A program made the position numbers and the translations under genes. The notes under the pieces are model-generated. The model saw nothing but the letters and a program-made list of their open reading frames with translations, was not told the origin of the DNA and did no database searches. Shown here in pieces: positions 17,406-18,726 of a DNA stretch of 18,726 nucleotides (position 1 is its first letter; the number at the start of each line of letters is the position of its first letter). The stretch comes from Candidatus Methylomirabilia bacterium (GTDB lineage: Bacteria; Methylomirabilota; Methylomirabilia; Rokubacteriales; CSP1-6), in NCBI GenBank assembly GCA_041492755.1, contig JBGPXN010000084.1, positions 1 through 18,726 on the forward strand, written 5' to 3'.

Positions 17406-17532
17406 TCGGAGGGGGGCTCTGCCCCCCTTCCGACGCTGCGCGGGCCTTCGGCCCGCTCCGCTGCCTCCCCCCGGGAGGATTGCGGCGGCGAAGCCGCCGC
17501 TCGGAGCGGAGTGCCGAACGCCTGGCGGGCGT
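17406..17532. repeat. Multi-hairpin intergenic element (REP/BIME-like, single copy here)
   Basis: Five short-loop hairpins: 17406-17433, 17440-17456, 17464-17478, 17482-17500 and 17518-17532. Confidence 0.7.
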
Positions 17533-17549
17533 GACACGGGCGTCGGTGG

Positions 17550-18611
17550 ATGCGGATCGCGCTGCGCGGGATCAGTAAGCGGTTCGGCGGGACGCTCGCG
17601 GTGGATGGGCTGTCGCTCGAGATGCGGCCGGGCGAGCTGGTGTCGCTGGTGGGCGGCTCGGGGTGCGGCAAGACGACGACGCTGCGGATGATCGCGGGCT
17701 TCGAGCGGCCGGATGCGGGCGAGATCCTCTTCGACGATCGCGTCGTCAACGCGGTCCCGCCCCGCAAGCGCGGCGTCGGAATCGTCTTCCAGTCCTACGC
17801 GCTCTTTCCCACCATGACCGTCGCCGAGAACATCGCGTTCGGCCTACGGGTGGCGCGGTGGCCGGCGCCCCGCATCCGCGAGCGCGTGGGGGAGCTGGTC
17901 GCGCTCACGCGGCTGGAGGGGATGGAGGCGCGGTACGCCAACCAGCTCTCGGGCGGCCAGCAGCAGCGCGTCGCGCTGGCCCGCGCGCTGGCCCGGCGTC
18001 CCGAGATTCTGTTGCTCGATGAGCCGCTCTCGGCGCTCGATGCGAAGATCCGGCTGCGGCTGCGCGGAGAGATCCGCAAGATCCAGCAGGACCTCGGGAT
18101 CACCACCGTCTACGTCACCCACGACCAGGAAGAAGCGCTGTCGATCGCCGACCGCATCGCCGTCATGCGCGACGGCCACATCGAGCAGGTGGGCCCGCCC
18201 GAGGAGATCTACGCCGCCCCCCGCACCGACTTCGTCGCCGACTTCATCGGCATCTCGAACTTGCTCGCGGCCCGGGTGGTGTCCGCGGCCGGCGGCGTGG
18301 TGGACTGGGAAGGGCAGCGTCTGCGGCTGCCAGCGTCGGCGTCGCGCGACGGCGACGACGTGCTGGTCTCGGTGCGTCCGGAAAAGCTGGCGGTGATCGG
18401 CGCCGGGGTGGCACCGCGGGACAACCAGATCGAAGGAGTGGTGGAGGTGACCACGTTCCTCGGACCCATCGTGCGTCTCGAAGTGACCGTGCACGGTCGT
18501 CCGATCTGGGTCGACCTCCCGCCCGCGCACGCGATCGGGCTCGTCCGCCGCAAACCGGTGAGCCTCACCTTCGCCGCCGCCGATTGCGTGCTCATCCCGC
18601 GCCCGTCATGA
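17550..18611 (+). CDS. ABC transporter ATP-binding protein (PotA/FbpC/PhnT-like, C-terminal TOBE)
   Basis: [38 protein letters not shown] and VTHDQEEA motifs. Confidence 0.94.
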   Translation: MRIALRGISKRFGGTLAVDGLSLEMRPGELVSLVGGSGCGKTTTLRMIAGFERPDAGEILFDDRVVNAVPPRKRGVGIVFQSYALFPTMTVAENIAFGLRVARWPAPRIRERVGELVALTRLEGMEARYANQLSGGQQQRVALARALARRPEILLLDEPLSALDAKIRLRLRGEIRKIQQDLGITTVYVTHDQEEALSIADRIAVMRDGHIEQVGPPEEIYAAPRTDFVADFIGISNLLAARVVSAAGGVVDWEGQRLRLPASASRDGDDVLVSVRPEKLAVIGAGVAPRDNQIEGVVEVTTFLGPIVRLEVTVHGRPIWVDLPPAHAIGLVRRKPVSLTFAAADCVLIPRPS

Positions 18612-18629
18612 CCCTGCAGGGGACGCACG

Positions 18630-18726
18630 AGTCAGAGGGTGTGAGGGAATTCGAGGCGCGCCACGGCTTTGCCGGGGCGCGCCGAGCGTGGGGGGTATGG
18701 GGGGCCATGTCGGGGCCCCCCATGTA
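18630..18726. repeat. Family A double-hairpin repeat, copy A4 (runs to window end)
   Basis: agtcagagggtgtga leader, hairpin ggcgcgcc-a-cggc-ttt-gccg-g-ggcgcgcc (18655-18683), then atggggggcc-atgtcgg-ggccccccat. Confidence 0.92.

Overview
High-GC bacterial chromosomal segment. Gene style and repeats suggest Candidatus Rokubacteria/Methylomirabilota, but this is inference only. The left half holds htpX, divergent from the conserved yceD(DUF177)-rpmF-plsX-fabH-fabD-fabG-acpP-fabF cluster. That cluster is followed by an atypical RNase III-domain gene (no dsRBD, Mini-III-like active-site residues) and an M50 site-2 protease. The right half holds a truncated sigma54-activator/cyclase-like multidomain gene, a UMF1-type MFS transporter, and a divergent operon: GlnA4-like glutamine-synthetase-family ligase, SDR, and an FbpABC/PhnSTU-type ABC importer. 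The most striking unexplained content is intergenic. Two dispersed palindromic repeat families show clear compensatory base changes between copies (family A, 4 copies; family B, 2 full copies plus a decayed half copy). There is also a multi-hairpin element, a 24-bp tandem repeat and an isolated perfect palindrome. No transposase, CRISPR array, tRNA or rRNA is visible.
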